64,000 nt of DNA. It comes from a virus. Of this stretch, positions 10,784 to 21,142 are shown piece by piece. Both the position numbers and the translations under genes were made by a program. The notes under the pieces were generated by a model, which did not search any database, was not told the DNA's origin, and worked only from the letters and a program-made list of their open reading frames with translations. The stretch's first letter is position 1, and every line of letters starts with the position of its first letter. The DNA is taken from IMG/VR virus record IMGVR_UViG_3300024353_000005, positions 1 through 64,000 of that record, one strand, 5' to 3'.

Positions 10784-11803
10784 TTATTCTTCTTCATTTC
10801 CTCTAAACAGGGCTTTCTTTATGTCTGTCTTGAGTTTGCCTACTAATTTAGGATTAGCTTTTAGATGTTCAATTAAAGCAATCTTGCCCTTAAATTTCTT
10901 CTTTTCAAAAGTATAAATCGCCCCAGCTCTCTTAATATACTCATAAAATATCCCATACTGGATGATGCTCGCATAATTATCTATTGAACCGTCTTTAAAA
11001 TAAATGTTAAAAGTCCCCACTCGAAATGGTTCATAGGTTTTGTTCTTAACTGTTTTGAAGGCGATAACTTGCCCGATAGTCTTTTTATTCACACCAGTTC
11101 CTTCTTGAATCCACTCTTTTCTATTTAATCTAATTCGGATTGAGGCACAAAATCCAACACCCTTTCCGCAAGGCGTGGTTTCAGGATTGCCATATAGCAC
11201 TCCGATTTTCATTCTAATCTGGTTGATAAAGACCACGATACACCTATTATAAGACTCGCCCTTTCCCAAATCAACTGGTTGCAATGCTGACTGGACTTTC
11301 CTAACCATTTTATTAGCAAGCCGAGCAGCTACCCCCATTTGCTGGTCTTCTGCTGAGCTCTCAATTTCCACTAATGGAGTCATACTCGCCAAACTGTCAA
11401 TCACAATAATTCCCAGTTCCCTGCTCCTAACCAATTTGTCAACAGTGTCTATCGCCTGCTCTGCCGAGGAAGGCTGGGAGATAATCAGTTCTTTGGTGTT
11501 TACCCCCAATTTTTCGCACCATTCCAAATCAATGGCATTTTCCAAATCGATATAGGCAGCCTTCCTTCCGAGTTTTTGGACTTCGGCAACCAGTTTGAGT
11601 GCTGAAAATGTTTTGCCAGATGATAATGGGCCGAACATCTCGATTATGCTTCCTTCGGGGATGCCTCCGCCAGTCGCCATATTAAGTGCAAAAGAGCCAG
11701 TAGAAATCCTTTTCTTCTTGGTATAAGCACATTTTCCAAGTCGCATTACTGAACCTGGATATTGTTTGTTTATTTCGTTAATTATTTTTTCCAATTCTCC
11801 CAT
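10784..11803 (-). CDS. recA: RecA/UvsX recombinase
   Basis: ISTGS..L...GG.P.G, GPLSSGKT, IDS, INQIRMKIG...GNPETTP. Confidence 0.95.
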   Translation of the reverse strand: MGELEKIINEINKQYPGSVMRLGKCAYTKKKRISTGSFALNMATGGGIPEGSIIEMFGPLSSGKTFSALKLVAEVQKLGRKAAYIDLENAIDLEWCEKLGVNTKELIISQPSSAEQAIDTVDKLVRSRELGIIVIDSLASMTPLVEIESSAEDQQMGVAARLANKMVRKVQSALQPVDLGKGESYNRCIVVFINQIRMKIGVLYGNPETTPCGKGVGFCASIRIRLNRKEWIQEGTGVNKKTIGQVIAFKTVKNKTYEPFRVGTFNIYFKDGSIDNYASIIQYGIFYEYIKRAGAIYTFEKKKFKGKIALIEHLKANPKLVGKLKTDIKKALFRGNEEE

Positions 11804-11994
11804 TTATTTCTCCTTATTTTTCTGACAAATTAGAAGGAACTAAAGTTAATATCGCTATTATCCAGCCCAGTACAAATAAAGGTAGAGGCAAATAGTTTTT
11901 AAAGTATAAACTTACCCAAATCATTATAGTTAGTTGTGGGCAAAATATAAATCCTAAGAAATACCAGAACCAATGATATAGATAAATATTCATC

Positions 11995-12330
11995 TTACCT
12001 TCTCCTCTTGCTGAATATCCCTCTCTTTTCCTTCTCTCGCACATAAACAGTTCTGTCAATATACTTATTAACTGTTCCTATAACTTCTGGTTTAATATCT
12101 TCTGGAGCACATTTAGAACAATAAATATCCTGTTCGACAATCTCCCATCCAGAGGTTTCCTTCACAACTTTTGGGGCGGAAGGAATAAGTTTAGGAATCC
12201 CTGTAGCAGAATCAATTTGCCTACTAACATACATATTTCTAAATAAATATTTTATAGTCCTTATTTTTACAGTAACTTTTTGTTGTTTAATTTTTTTAGG
12301 AACCTGACCACATTTTTTACATATAAACAT
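11995..12330 (-). CDS. hypothetical zinc-ribbon protein
   Basis: CKKC...CSKC. Confidence 0.5.
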   Translation of the reverse strand: MFICKKCGQVPKKIKQQKVTVKIRTIKYLFRNMYVSRQIDSATGIPKLIPSAPKVVKETSGWEIVEQDIYCSKCAPEDIKPEVIGTVNKYIDRTVYVREKEKRGIFSKRRR

Positions 12331-12340
12331 TTTTAGCCTC

Positions 12341-12919
12341 CTATTGTATCCAATCTATTGTGGGCTTGCCTTTATAGGTTTTATCCCATATAAACCAAGC
12401 ATATGCTATTAAGCCAGAGTTTTTACCCATTTTACCATTTTTATAAATCTTCAATCTTTTACAGTAAGCCAAAACACTTTTGAGTGGCGAATTTTTGAAT
12501 AGTTTATACCTATTTGAACTTTCCAAAAAGACTAATTTTAATAACATTGCCACCTTACCATTATTAGAAACTACCTCTAATGCTCTGATAACAAATTGTT
12601 TTGCACACTTATATGGTGGGTTTGTGATTATGTATCTCGGCCTTTTCTTGCCTTTCAATTCGTAGGTCAAGAAATCTATATTTCCAACTCCATAATTTCT
12701 ATAAATTAAATCGGATGAATATACATTTTGCTTTCCATATATTTTCATAAGTGGTTTGCTCATTGCTCCATTACCACAAGCAGGTTCCCATATAAGCCCA
12801 TTGGAAAAATCTTCAAACTTAACTAAATCGTATATAGTATGTTCTGGGGAAGGGTAAAAATCGTTTACCTCTCTGCCAGTTTTCTTGAAGCCTACGATAG
12901 ATTGCGAGTTTAACATCAT
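12341..12919 (-). CDS. DNA adenine methyltransferase (orphan)
   Basis: DFYPSP, WEPACGNG, ITNPPY, C-terminal YAWFIW. Confidence 0.85.
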   Translation of the reverse strand: MMLNSQSIVGFKKTGREVNDFYPSPEHTIYDLVKFEDFSNGLIWEPACGNGAMSKPLMKIYGKQNVYSSDLIYRNYGVGNIDFLTYELKGKKRPRYIITNPPYKCAKQFVIRALEVVSNNGKVAMLLKLVFLESSNRYKLFKNSPLKSVLAYCKRLKIYKNGKMGKNSGLIAYAWFIWDKTYKGKPTIDWIQ

Positions 12920-13506
12920 TTTTCCTTTAATTTAGAAATTAATGCTCTAGCCAAGACTATCGCATCTGCTGAATGATTGTCTAATCCTGTTTCTTTTGTA
13001 AACTCCTCGCTAAACTTCTTATCCGCTCGGTAGTCAAACTGCCCTTTTGTTATTTTCTTGTCTTTATATTGTTGGTACAGATTTCCGATTTTGCCGTGAT
13101 ACTTATAGAAAATCTTATCATCCACCAGTCCATATTCTTTGGCAATTTTTAGCTGGGTCTCTATTTTTTTACAGTTACCCTTTAGTTCTGAATATCCACG
13201 TGCCTGCCTTGCCATAATAAAATGTGCCTCTTTATTAAATTTGCGATAACAGAGATATTCAACTGCTCCCGCTAATCTTGATAAATGCTTAAATGTTTTG
13301 GGATTTTTTGCCATAAAAGTATCTTCAATAACTACCTCATCAATTTCGCCCTTAATAGAATAGATATAAAAAGCCAATTCAATCATTTTCTGAATTTCCG
13401 TCTTGCCAGATAGAGTAAGGAGCTTTCGCTTAATTAAGCGTAGATTGTGGTCTAATATTGCAATGCCACAGTAATTCGTGTCTAAATCAAGTGCTAATAC
13501 TTTCAT
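12916..13506 (-). CDS. RuvC-like Holliday junction resolvase
   Basis: LALDLDT..CGIA, VVIED, C-terminal ADAIVLA. Confidence 0.75.
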   Translation of the reverse strand: MKVLALDLDTNYCGIAILDHNLRLIKRKLLTLSGKTEIQKMIELAFYIYSIKGEIDEVVIEDTFMAKNPKTFKHLSRLAGAVEYLCYRKFNKEAHFIMARQARGYSELKGNCKKIETQLKIAKEYGLVDDKIFYKYHGKIGNLYQQYKDKKITKGQFDYRADKKFSEEFTKETGLDNHSADAIVLARALISKLKEK

Positions 13507-13528
13507 TTCTTCTTCTATTTTTGCTTTA

Positions 13529-13555
13529 GGTGGGGCATCGCTTGGACACCCCACC
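13529..13555 (-). other. GC-rich hairpin after the SSB gene (RNA stabiliser or weak terminator)
   Basis: GGTGGGGTGTC-CAAGC-GATGCCCCACC, 11-bp stem; no U-tract on the minus strand. Confidence 0.55.
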
Positions 13556-13570
13556 GATTAAGCATTTTAA

Positions 13571-14113
13571 TTAGAAAGGAAGCTCTTCCTCGCTAATTTC
13601 CTCTTCTCGTGGTTCTGCCTGTGTTTCCTTCAAATCATTATCTACAAGTAAAGGTTCCTCTTCCTCCACAGGTCTGCGACGAGTAGTGACTTTGCCCTTT
13701 CCCTTGTAAGGCTTGACCTTGGTAACATTCTGGTAAGTATTTTCACCGACTTCTTTATTGTCCAAAGAAATCAGATAAACTTTGCCAGTCAAATCGCCAA
13801 GTTTAACGCTCTCGTCAACTTCCAAGGCTCTGCCAAGATGCTCGGATATGGTTACATATAAATCAGCCTTCTCTGTAACAGTCTTATGAAGCGGAACAGA
13901 ACGATATCCCCTGCGAGTTTCTCCGTCATATTCCTTGACCGTTTCATAGACAAAGTTGGCTCTCTGCCCCTTCTGAGTATTCTTGGATTTTACAGCGATT
14001 AATTTTGCTGCTAACCAAGTCCGTTCGGGCAGAAGATAATAGTCGCCACCCTGACCATCACTAACTTTAACCTCGAAGTTGGCAAGGTCGTTATTGTCTT
14101 TTCTGTCAGCCAT
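13571..14113 (-). CDS. putative single-stranded DNA-binding protein
   Basis: beta-rich core, acidic tail ending EEELPF; replication context. Confidence 0.65.
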   Translation of the reverse strand: MADRKDNNDLANFEVKVSDGQGGDYYLLPERTWLAAKLIAVKSKNTQKGQRANFVYETVKEYDGETRRGYRSVPLHKTVTEKADLYVTISEHLGRALEVDESVKLGDLTGKVYLISLDNKEVGENTYQNVTKVKPYKGKGKVTTRRRPVEEEEPLLVDNDLKETQAEPREEEISEEELPF

Positions 14114-14335
14114 TTTCACACCTCCTTATCATTTATTTTTGTTCGCTTACTTTATTTCTAATTTCTTCCTCTGCATAGCGCATTAAAAGATGAAATCTGT
14201 CCTCAAAATCATCATCTTCAAAAGCATGCTGATAATTATATACCTGTCCATTTACTTTGGTTGCTACTCTCAAAGTTTTAGCTCCTTCCCGATAAATAAA
14301 TGGTTCTATTCTCACTTCTAAATAATATATCTTTT

Positions 14336-14716
14336 TCACTTTTCTCCTTTCTGTTCTTTGGTATAGACATCATTCTCTTTAGGGACTAATCCAATGCTAA
14401 ACAAATCAAATTTGTCAATTACATTTATATCTTTGCCATTAACTTTCTGTTTATGGGCTTCCAAAACTCTCCCTTGAACCCTGAATACAAAATCTTTCAA
14501 AGGAAATTTTTTATTGGGTTCTATAGTCGCTATTAGTTGATTTTGTTTAGGAGTAATTTCTACAATTCTGCCAACTATTTTTGAACTATTAAAATTGTAT
14601 GTTACAGGTAAGCCTTTTGCCTTTTTAATATTCTGTAAAGATTGGCTATCCAAAATTTCACCCTGCTTATCTATAACATTAAAGTAAGCGATAATAGCTT
14701 TTATCCTTTCAAACAT
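14336..14716 (-). CDS. prohead-protease-fold protein, probably catalytically degenerate
   Basis: YFNVIDKQGEIL resembles the HK97-type protease N-terminus; His/Ser motif positions appear replaced. Confidence 0.45.
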   Translation of the reverse strand: MFERIKAIIAYFNVIDKQGEILDSQSLQNIKKAKGLPVTYNFNSSKIVGRIVEITPKQNQLIATIEPNKKFPLKDFVFRVQGRVLEAHKQKVNGKDINVIDKFDLFSIGLVPKENDVYTKEQKGEK

Positions 14717-14732
14717 TATTCACCTCCCTATC

Positions 14733-15173
14733 TTATTTCTGTTCTTGGTTTTTATCCTCCCGCACAAACTTTAATGTTTCCCTGCACATAATAGAAGCAT
14801 CCCCAAAATCCCTACGCTTGTTCATAAGCCAGTCTACCAGAATTTCTGCATTTACCCTTTCTTCCTGCAAAATCTGCCACTCCTTATTGCCATGTGCTAT
14901 TCTTAATTTTGCTGCCTCGCTTTTTTCGCCAGACTTGGATGTGAGCAGATTTAGCTTGTTGTTCCTCGTTATCTTGATGTGCTGCTCATACCTCTTAGCT
15001 TTCGTTACCAAGTCCGTCAGCTTCATCTTGGCTTGCAGGAATAGCACATGCAATATCATGGCATCGTTCTCTGGGATAATACCATTTCTGGGAATTCGCT
15101 GCTCGACCTTTGAAATCCGCTTGATGTCGTCGGTCAGCTTAAGTTCCCTGATAATTCTGTCCAAGGTTTTCAT
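14733..15173 (-). CDS. helical protein, possible UvsY-like recombination mediator
   Basis: all-helical 146 aa, located near recA/SSB; weak. Confidence 0.35.
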   Translation of the reverse strand: MKTLDRIIRELKLTDDIKRISKVEQRIPRNGIIPENDAMILHVLFLQAKMKLTDLVTKAKRYEQHIKITRNNKLNLLTSKSGEKSEAAKLRIAHGNKEWQILQEERVNAEILVDWLMNKRRDFGDASIMCRETLKFVREDKNQEQK

Positions 15174-15342
15174 ATTAACCTCCTATTCGCTTATTGGGTG
15201 TTTTTTACAAACCCAAATTTTTTTATCTTTATATTCTATTACTTTAAAATCTGTTCCAATAGGTTTTTTGCAAAAAGGACATAATCCTTGCTCGCTTCGA
15301 GATAATATAATATCTTCTTTTTCCATATTCCAAAGCTCCTAT

Positions 15343-15531
15343 TTAATTTTTATATTTCTTAATATCCTGATTAACGAGATGTTCTACGCCCTTTTGAAGC
15401 TGCTTGGAAACTTTCTTGACATCATCGCCATCGTTGACTTCGGCTTCCAATGAGGCAAAGAACCGAGCCGATTCGTAGTTGCCCAGATTTATATTTTTCC
15501 CGAACCCACGAACAACTTTGGTTATCTTCAT
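15343..15531 (-). CDS. small conserved phage protein
   Basis: INLGNYESAR motif typical of phage replication modules. Confidence 0.55.
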   Translation of the reverse strand: MKITKVVRGFGKNINLGNYESARFFASLEAEVNDGDDVKKVSKQLQKGVEHLVNQDIKKYKN

Positions 15532-15710
15532 TTTACCCTCCTTTAATTCTCATTTATCTCTTTTACCTCAACTTTTCCAGTAATTCGGATATTAATTTTT
15601 GTTCTGCACTAAATAAATTACATTTTTCTTCGTGCATTATCTCAAGAATCCTTTTCTTTAATTCTAATGGAAAAGTAGGACTTGTTAAACATGTTTCCAT
15701 ATTATTACTC

Positions 15711-16157
15711 CTATATTAACTTATTCTCCTTTAAATATATCAGCATCTTTGCTCTTGCGTTGGCTTCGGTGTCGGCATAAATCCATTCATTTAAAAATGT
15801 TTTTTCTATTCCCCCATAGTAATTACAACCCCACCTAATAGGATATTTGTCTGTGGACATTTTCTTTGTTATCATTGGACAGAATAATTCACTACTAGAA
15901 AGAAATTCAGGCAACATCTCTCCCAATTCAGCAACGGTGAAGGCGGAGTATTCTTTTTCAATTTGATTGAGGCTAAAACTAATACTACCGTCCGCTAACT
16001 GATATTTATAGAGATTAGCTTCGGGGTGATAAATTGCTAATTCATAGTTAGAAAAACGTATAAGTTTTACCCACCACCACAAACTCTCTTGCTTAATGCC
16101 TAACTCCTTTAATCGTTTAGCTAATTCTAAACTACAAACTTGGTCTTTAAGTTTCAT
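15711..16157 (-). CDS. hypothetical phage protein
   Basis: SLELAKRLKELG...AFTVAELGEMLP...TEANARAKML pattern; RBS GGAG. Confidence 0.6.
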   Translation of the reverse strand: MKLKDQVCSLELAKRLKELGIKQESLWWWVKLIRFSNYELAIYHPEANLYKYQLADGSISFSLNQIEKEYSAFTVAELGEMLPEFLSSSELFCPMITKKMSTDKYPIRWGCNYYGGIEKTFLNEWIYADTEANARAKMLIYLKENKLI

Positions 16158-16158
16158 C

Positions 16159-18699
16159 TTACTCCTCCTCGTTTTCAACATTATCCGAATCGTGCATAGA
16201 ACCCCACTGTTCCCCGACCTTAATATCGGTATCCAAAGGAACTCTGAATCCTTCAGGGGCTTTGGTCATTTCCTCTTTTACTATCTTTGAAACTTTTTCA
16301 ATCTCATTATCAGGGACTTCACTTACAATACTGTCGTGGATGGTCAGCACAATTCTGGATTTGGTATTCGCTTTTAGCCTCTTATACACTTCAACCATTT
16401 GCAAGGCGACAATATCTGAAGCGGTTGACTGGACAGCCGAAGCTACAACTTTTCTCTCGTCTTTTTCGCTTAACATCTTATCTCTATCGTTAATATGAAA
16501 TAATGGTCTTTTTCTCCCAAACCAGCTCTTGACATATTCATGCCTTTTAGCACCGCTCACCGCAGCCCTGTTCCACCTTGAAGCCCTCGGATAAATCTGG
16601 TTAAAGTATCTTAACTGTTCCTCTGCCTCTTTTAAGGTTAATTTATATTGTTCGGCAATGGCCTTCGCACCACGACCATAAGGCACGCCGAAAACAAATG
16701 GCTTGCTCTTATCACGCTGTTCCTTGGTAATGTCCTCTTCTTTTGTCCTATATAATCTTGAGGCAGTGATGGTATGAATATCCTTTCCACTTTTAATATC
16801 GGATATCATTCGCTGGTCTTGGGATAAATGGGCTAAGACCCTAAACTCGATTTGCTTGCTGTCAGCCTCCAATAATCTGCATCCTTTTTTCGCTATAAAG
16901 CAGTCCCTAAAGTCTTTGCCATATTCCTTCGGAACATTCTGGAGATTTGGCCTGCTTGACGAAATTCTTCCAGTCCGAGTAATATGCTGATTATATTCTG
17001 TGTGTATCCTGTCATTCTCGTCCAAGGATTCGAGAGTTGGGCAGATATAAGTGTTATACATTTTCGTCAGCTTTTTATATTTGAGAATCAGTTTTATAAC
17101 GGGATGCTTTCCTTCCAACTTTTCCAGTGTCTTTTTATCTGTGGATAAGGCTGTTCCCTTTTTAGTCTTTTCTGGCTTGGGCATTTTTAAAACATCATAG
17201 AATAACTCGGCCAATTGTTGATGAGATTTGAAATTGAACTTGGGTCGTTCAACCTTATCCAGATATTCCTTCAGTGTATTCCGCTTCTTAATTATTTTAG
17301 AGCTTTTATACTTGGCCTTCTGCTTATTGACAAGTTTCTTGTATTGCCTGTTCCCAACTGTTTTAATCGCTGGCAGAGAGTATAGTTTGGTTTCCGTTTC
17401 CTTCAAGTTGCGAGCATACTGTAATTTTAATCGTTCCAATTTTTTCCTGTCAATCTGGACACCATTCAGCTCAATATCTGCCAAGACTATTGATTCTGGA
17501 AGCATTATATTATAAAGAACGAAGTCCATTTTTTCTTTTGTAATCTGTGGCGACAATTTATGATAAATCCTGAAAGTGCAATCTGCATCCGCACAGGCAT
17601 ACCACAATATATCGTCGTAATGTTCTTTGATATATTTTGGGTCACTGAATTGTTTCGGGTCAACCTTTTCAGCATAATTACCCATATCTGTGTAAGTCCA
17701 AGCCATTTCCTTTAATCCGTGGCTATGTCGGGGCGATTCCATATTCAGGGAGTAGTGAGCCAATTGCGTATCAAACTCTATCGTGCTTTCTATACCGAGA
17801 TGATATTTGAACCATTGAATATCGTGCTTGCCATTTTGGTATATTTTTTTAAGGTCTTCCCTATCAAAGTATTTGCGAAGTTCATTTAGAATCCAATTAT
17901 ATTGCTGATTGTTCCAAATCCGCTTAAGGTTTCTGTCCAATATGGGCAAGACTATCCCAGTATTCTCCTTCCAGCTAAAAGATATACAAAGCAATTTGCC
18001 ATTATAAGGTCGCAGGGCGGTAGATTCTGTGTCAATGGAGTTTTCCTTAATCTGCCTTAATCTGTAAAATAACAGTTTAACCTTTTTCATATCATTGCAA
18101 ACAACATATTTCACAGGGGATGTTTTCCTTTTAATCCGCCCCTTGGTTTTGCTCGCCTCTTTTACAAATTCCAGAGCCTTGATAAACTTATCCCTTATCT
18201 CATTATTCTGCGAATTTCTAATAATATAGCTCGGATGAATTAGCGGTATGCAAGTAACCTGAAACTCGTCGCTCCAAAATGGCTGCCCCTGAAATTTGAG
18301 GGAGCCAGTTTTGTTCAGCACCTGTTTCATAGCGACATTTCCAAGCAAGCCGATTACATTGGGCTTGATAGTGTTGATTTCGTTGACCAGAAATTCCCTG
18401 CAAGCCTTCATCTCTTTAGCCATTGGAGTTCTATTCTGGGGCGGTCGGCAACGGCAACTATTGCTCAAGAATATATCTGCTCTGTTTATACCAGCTTCTT
18501 TCAAACATTTATCAAGTTCCTTGCCTGCTTTGCCCACAAATGGCTCTTTCTTAAGTAGCTCGTCGTTTCCAGGAGCCTCACCAATGAGCATAATTTTGGC
18601 AGATTTAGAACCACAACCAGAAAGGCAGATTACCTTGTGCCTACCATCGTTGGTCGTGCTTGTCAAATGTAAAGGGCATTTTGTGCAGTATACTGACAT
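16159..18699 (-). CDS. polA: family A DNA polymerase with N-terminal family-4 uracil-DNA glycosylase domain (SPO1-like)
   Basis: GEAPG..E....PFVG, CRPPQNR, HPSY (UDG); DTES 3'-5' exo; TGRISS..PNLQN, DSKQIE, R...K...FG..YG, HDS. Confidence 0.93.
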   Translation of the reverse strand: MSVYCTKCPLHLTSTTNDGRHKVICLSGCGSKSAKIMLIGEAPGNDELLKKEPFVGKAGKELDKCLKEAGINRADIFLSNSCRCRPPQNRTPMAKEMKACREFLVNEINTIKPNVIGLLGNVAMKQVLNKTGSLKFQGQPFWSDEFQVTCIPLIHPSYIIRNSQNNEIRDKFIKALEFVKEASKTKGRIKRKTSPVKYVVCNDMKKVKLLFYRLRQIKENSIDTESTALRPYNGKLLCISFSWKENTGIVLPILDRNLKRIWNNQQYNWILNELRKYFDREDLKKIYQNGKHDIQWFKYHLGIESTIEFDTQLAHYSLNMESPRHSHGLKEMAWTYTDMGNYAEKVDPKQFSDPKYIKEHYDDILWYACADADCTFRIYHKLSPQITKEKMDFVLYNIMLPESIVLADIELNGVQIDRKKLERLKLQYARNLKETETKLYSLPAIKTVGNRQYKKLVNKQKAKYKSSKIIKKRNTLKEYLDKVERPKFNFKSHQQLAELFYDVLKMPKPEKTKKGTALSTDKKTLEKLEGKHPVIKLILKYKKLTKMYNTYICPTLESLDENDRIHTEYNQHITRTGRISSSRPNLQNVPKEYGKDFRDCFIAKKGCRLLEADSKQIEFRVLAHLSQDQRMISDIKSGKDIHTITASRLYRTKEEDITKEQRDKSKPFVFGVPYGRGAKAIAEQYKLTLKEAEEQLRYFNQIYPRASRWNRAAVSGAKRHEYVKSWFGRKRPLFHINDRDKMLSEKDERKVVASAVQSTASDIVALQMVEVYKRLKANTKSRIVLTIHDSIVSEVPDNEIEKVSKIVKEEMTKAPEGFRVPLDTDIKVGEQWGSMHDSDNVENEEE

Positions 18700-20136
18700 T
18701 TAATTTCCCTTTATTCTATGTTTCGCTATTTCAGAATATTCTTTGCTCATCTCAATACCAATAAACTTGCGATTAAGTAATTTAGCCGATATACCAGTTG
18801 TACCTGAACCCACGAAAGGGTCTAAAATAATATCTCCCTCCCTTGAACCCAAAATAATGAGATAGCTCATAAGTTTAATGGGTTTTACTGTGGGATGATT
18901 ATTCTTATACTTATAGCCATTTTTCTTTGAAGTAACTTTTTTTTCTGCTGGACAGTGGCATCTCGGCTCTCCACCAATAAATTTTAATCCACAATTTCCA
19001 CATTTATCTGCCCAAACTCGATTTTTGGCATCTTGATCTTGCGTTTTATCTGTTAAATTTTCACACCCTTTATTCTTCTCACTTTTACTAGCTTTAGGCA
19101 CTATTAAATAAGGAAATACTTTCTGGACTTCTGGTGGTAATTTTTTAATTCGTTCAGCCCACCACGAATCTAAATCGAAATAACGGGAATATGAACCAGA
19201 ATCATTATGAGTGATTTGTCTTTGTCCTTTTCCTCCTAATTTATGTTCGACAAATCTTCCTTCTTGTCTCCGAATACAATTCTGTCCAGATTTGCTAATT
19301 TTCCCATTATTTAATACATCATTACTTACTATTAAATTAGCAGGGAAACGACCTTTTTGATTAATATGTGCATCACCAGCTTGTTGCTTTGTTTTACTAG
19401 GTAGAAGACTTGTGCCACCATATTTTTGAATACCTTCTTTATGTCCAACTTTGCTTTTTTCTTTATCTTTCTCACTTTTATAAGGTATTCTACAATTATC
19501 TAACCAAGTAATTCCTTTACCATTCTTTAATGCTTGGTCTACGTAGGTTTTTTCAGATAAAGATTTCATCGCTATTACTATTATTTCAACTGCGGGCTTC
19601 ATTTGACATCCACCATAGGAACCTTCTAATGCAGATGTTCCTTCAGTTTCAAATATTTCTCTTCTTTTCAGTTTACCATTATGGGCTTGATTTATCGGCA
19701 TACCTTTTTCTGTTGAGACATAAGAACCTTTACTTTTAATAACTTTTCTTTTTCTTCCTAGTCTCTTATCTATCTTCTTCCCAATGTTACTTGCCTTCGG
19801 AAATCCACTAGCATATGCCCAATAAATACTGCTAAACCCAGTTTCAAATCCAGCTTCTTGTAAATTATAAATCATCCTACTTAATACATCTTGTCTTGGT
19901 GCAGACATTATAAATGCAAATGCTCCAGGTTTTAATACTCGCAAACATTCTTTCCAATGGGAAACAGGAATAACTACTTTATCCCAATTTTTGCCCATAA
20001 AAGAATATCCATAAGGTGGGTCAGTTACTATTAAATCCATATAATCATCTGGCAGTTTCCGCATAACATCCAGACAGTTACCATTATATAGCCTAATCCC
20101 ATTTTCCGAATAATATAGATAGTCTTTAAGTTTCAT
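18700..20136 (-). CDS. N4/N6 DNA methyltransferase (orphan, beta class)
   Basis: VTDPPY, GFPK, RFPAN, HPTVKP, LDPFVGSGTT. Confidence 0.9.
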   Translation of the reverse strand: MKLKDYLYYSENGIRLYNGNCLDVMRKLPDDYMDLIVTDPPYGYSFMGKNWDKVVIPVSHWKECLRVLKPGAFAFIMSAPRQDVLSRMIYNLQEAGFETGFSSIYWAYASGFPKASNIGKKIDKRLGRKRKVIKSKGSYVSTEKGMPINQAHNGKLKRREIFETEGTSALEGSYGGCQMKPAVEIIVIAMKSLSEKTYVDQALKNGKGITWLDNCRIPYKSEKDKEKSKVGHKEGIQKYGGTSLLPSKTKQQAGDAHINQKGRFPANLIVSNDVLNNGKISKSGQNCIRRQEGRFVEHKLGGKGQRQITHNDSGSYSRYFDLDSWWAERIKKLPPEVQKVFPYLIVPKASKSEKNKGCENLTDKTQDQDAKNRVWADKCGNCGLKFIGGEPRCHCPAEKKVTSKKNGYKYKNNHPTVKPIKLMSYLIILGSREGDIILDPFVGSGTTGISAKLLNRKFIGIEMSKEYSEIAKHRIKGN

Positions 20137-20605
20137 TTTTTCTCTTGGTTTGCTTTTTAAATGTGATAACTAATATTCCATTTTTCTCTTCGGTCTCAAT
20201 AGTATTCAAATCAATCATTCGAGGTAATAATATTTCATCTTTTTCGCCTATTGAAAGAATATCGTCTTTAAGAGCATATTGATTAGTCCCGCTTACTATT
20301 ATTTTAAATTTATCTTTCTCATTAAATTTATCAATCATAACATTATTCTTTTCAACTTTTACCCTATGGCTTTTAATCTTTCTACGGACTGTTCCTGCTT
20401 TAGTCCGATACCTTTTTACACTTCTTATTCCAAAATTAAATGCTTCTGGATTACCTAAATTAAATGAGTTCCCTAAAACACGCCCCCTTATCCCAGTAAG
20501 TATTTTTGCTTTTTTAGTTTCTGGTAAAATTTCGGAAAATCTTTTTACTATGTTCACAGGACTTCTCCCTGTGCTGGTTCTAGGTGGTATACTTCTAAGA
20601 GCCAT
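20126..20605 (-). CDS. divergent Hsp20/alpha-crystallin-like protein
   Basis: C-terminal ILLP..ID...IET.EKNGILVITFKK resembles the sHSP end motif. Confidence 0.45.
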   Translation of the reverse strand: MALRSIPPRTSTGRSPVNIVKRFSEILPETKKAKILTGIRGRVLGNSFNLGNPEAFNFGIRSVKRYRTKAGTVRRKIKSHRVKVEKNNVMIDKFNEKDKFKIIVSGTNQYALKDDILSIGEKDEILLPRMIDLNTIETEEKNGILVITFKKQTKRKNET

Positions 20606-21142
20606 TTTTCAAATCCTTCATTATCTGGTTAAATTTTATATCAATCTCATCAGATTTACAATAATCTGGCAATTTTTCTTTTAAGAAATGAGCAAGCCCC
20701 TGATTGGCTCTCGCTAAATTTAATATAAGTTCAGACAGTTCATTTCGTCTTTTTCTATTAGTTTCTTCCTTCATAAGCACAGATAAATTTTCTGTGGCTT
20801 TAAGGACTATTTTGACACATTCTTTGAGATTGTCAAATCGTTGCAGGCTTTGATTCATCACAATTTTTTCTCTATTCTGCTTAAGTAAGACTTGATTTTG
20901 ATTAGTTCTTTCAATATTTCCTTTAAGACAGCCTTAAATTCCTTAACCTCTGATATAAACAATCCTAAATTAAACATTATTCTCTCCAAAACTTTCCAAT
21001 AAACTATTGATTTTCTCTAAATGATTTTTGGCTTCTTCAACTGCTTTTTTCTGCTTTTCGGTATGTGGAAAATTTGCTATAATAGTCTCCAGCATCTTTT
21101 TCTGCTCTTTTAATTTTTCAACTACATCCTTAAGATTGTTCA

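Noticed and set aside
13529-13555. tRNA-like element
   Set aside because: Single hairpin only; no cloverleaf or TTCGA arm. No tRNA was recognised anywhere in the window.
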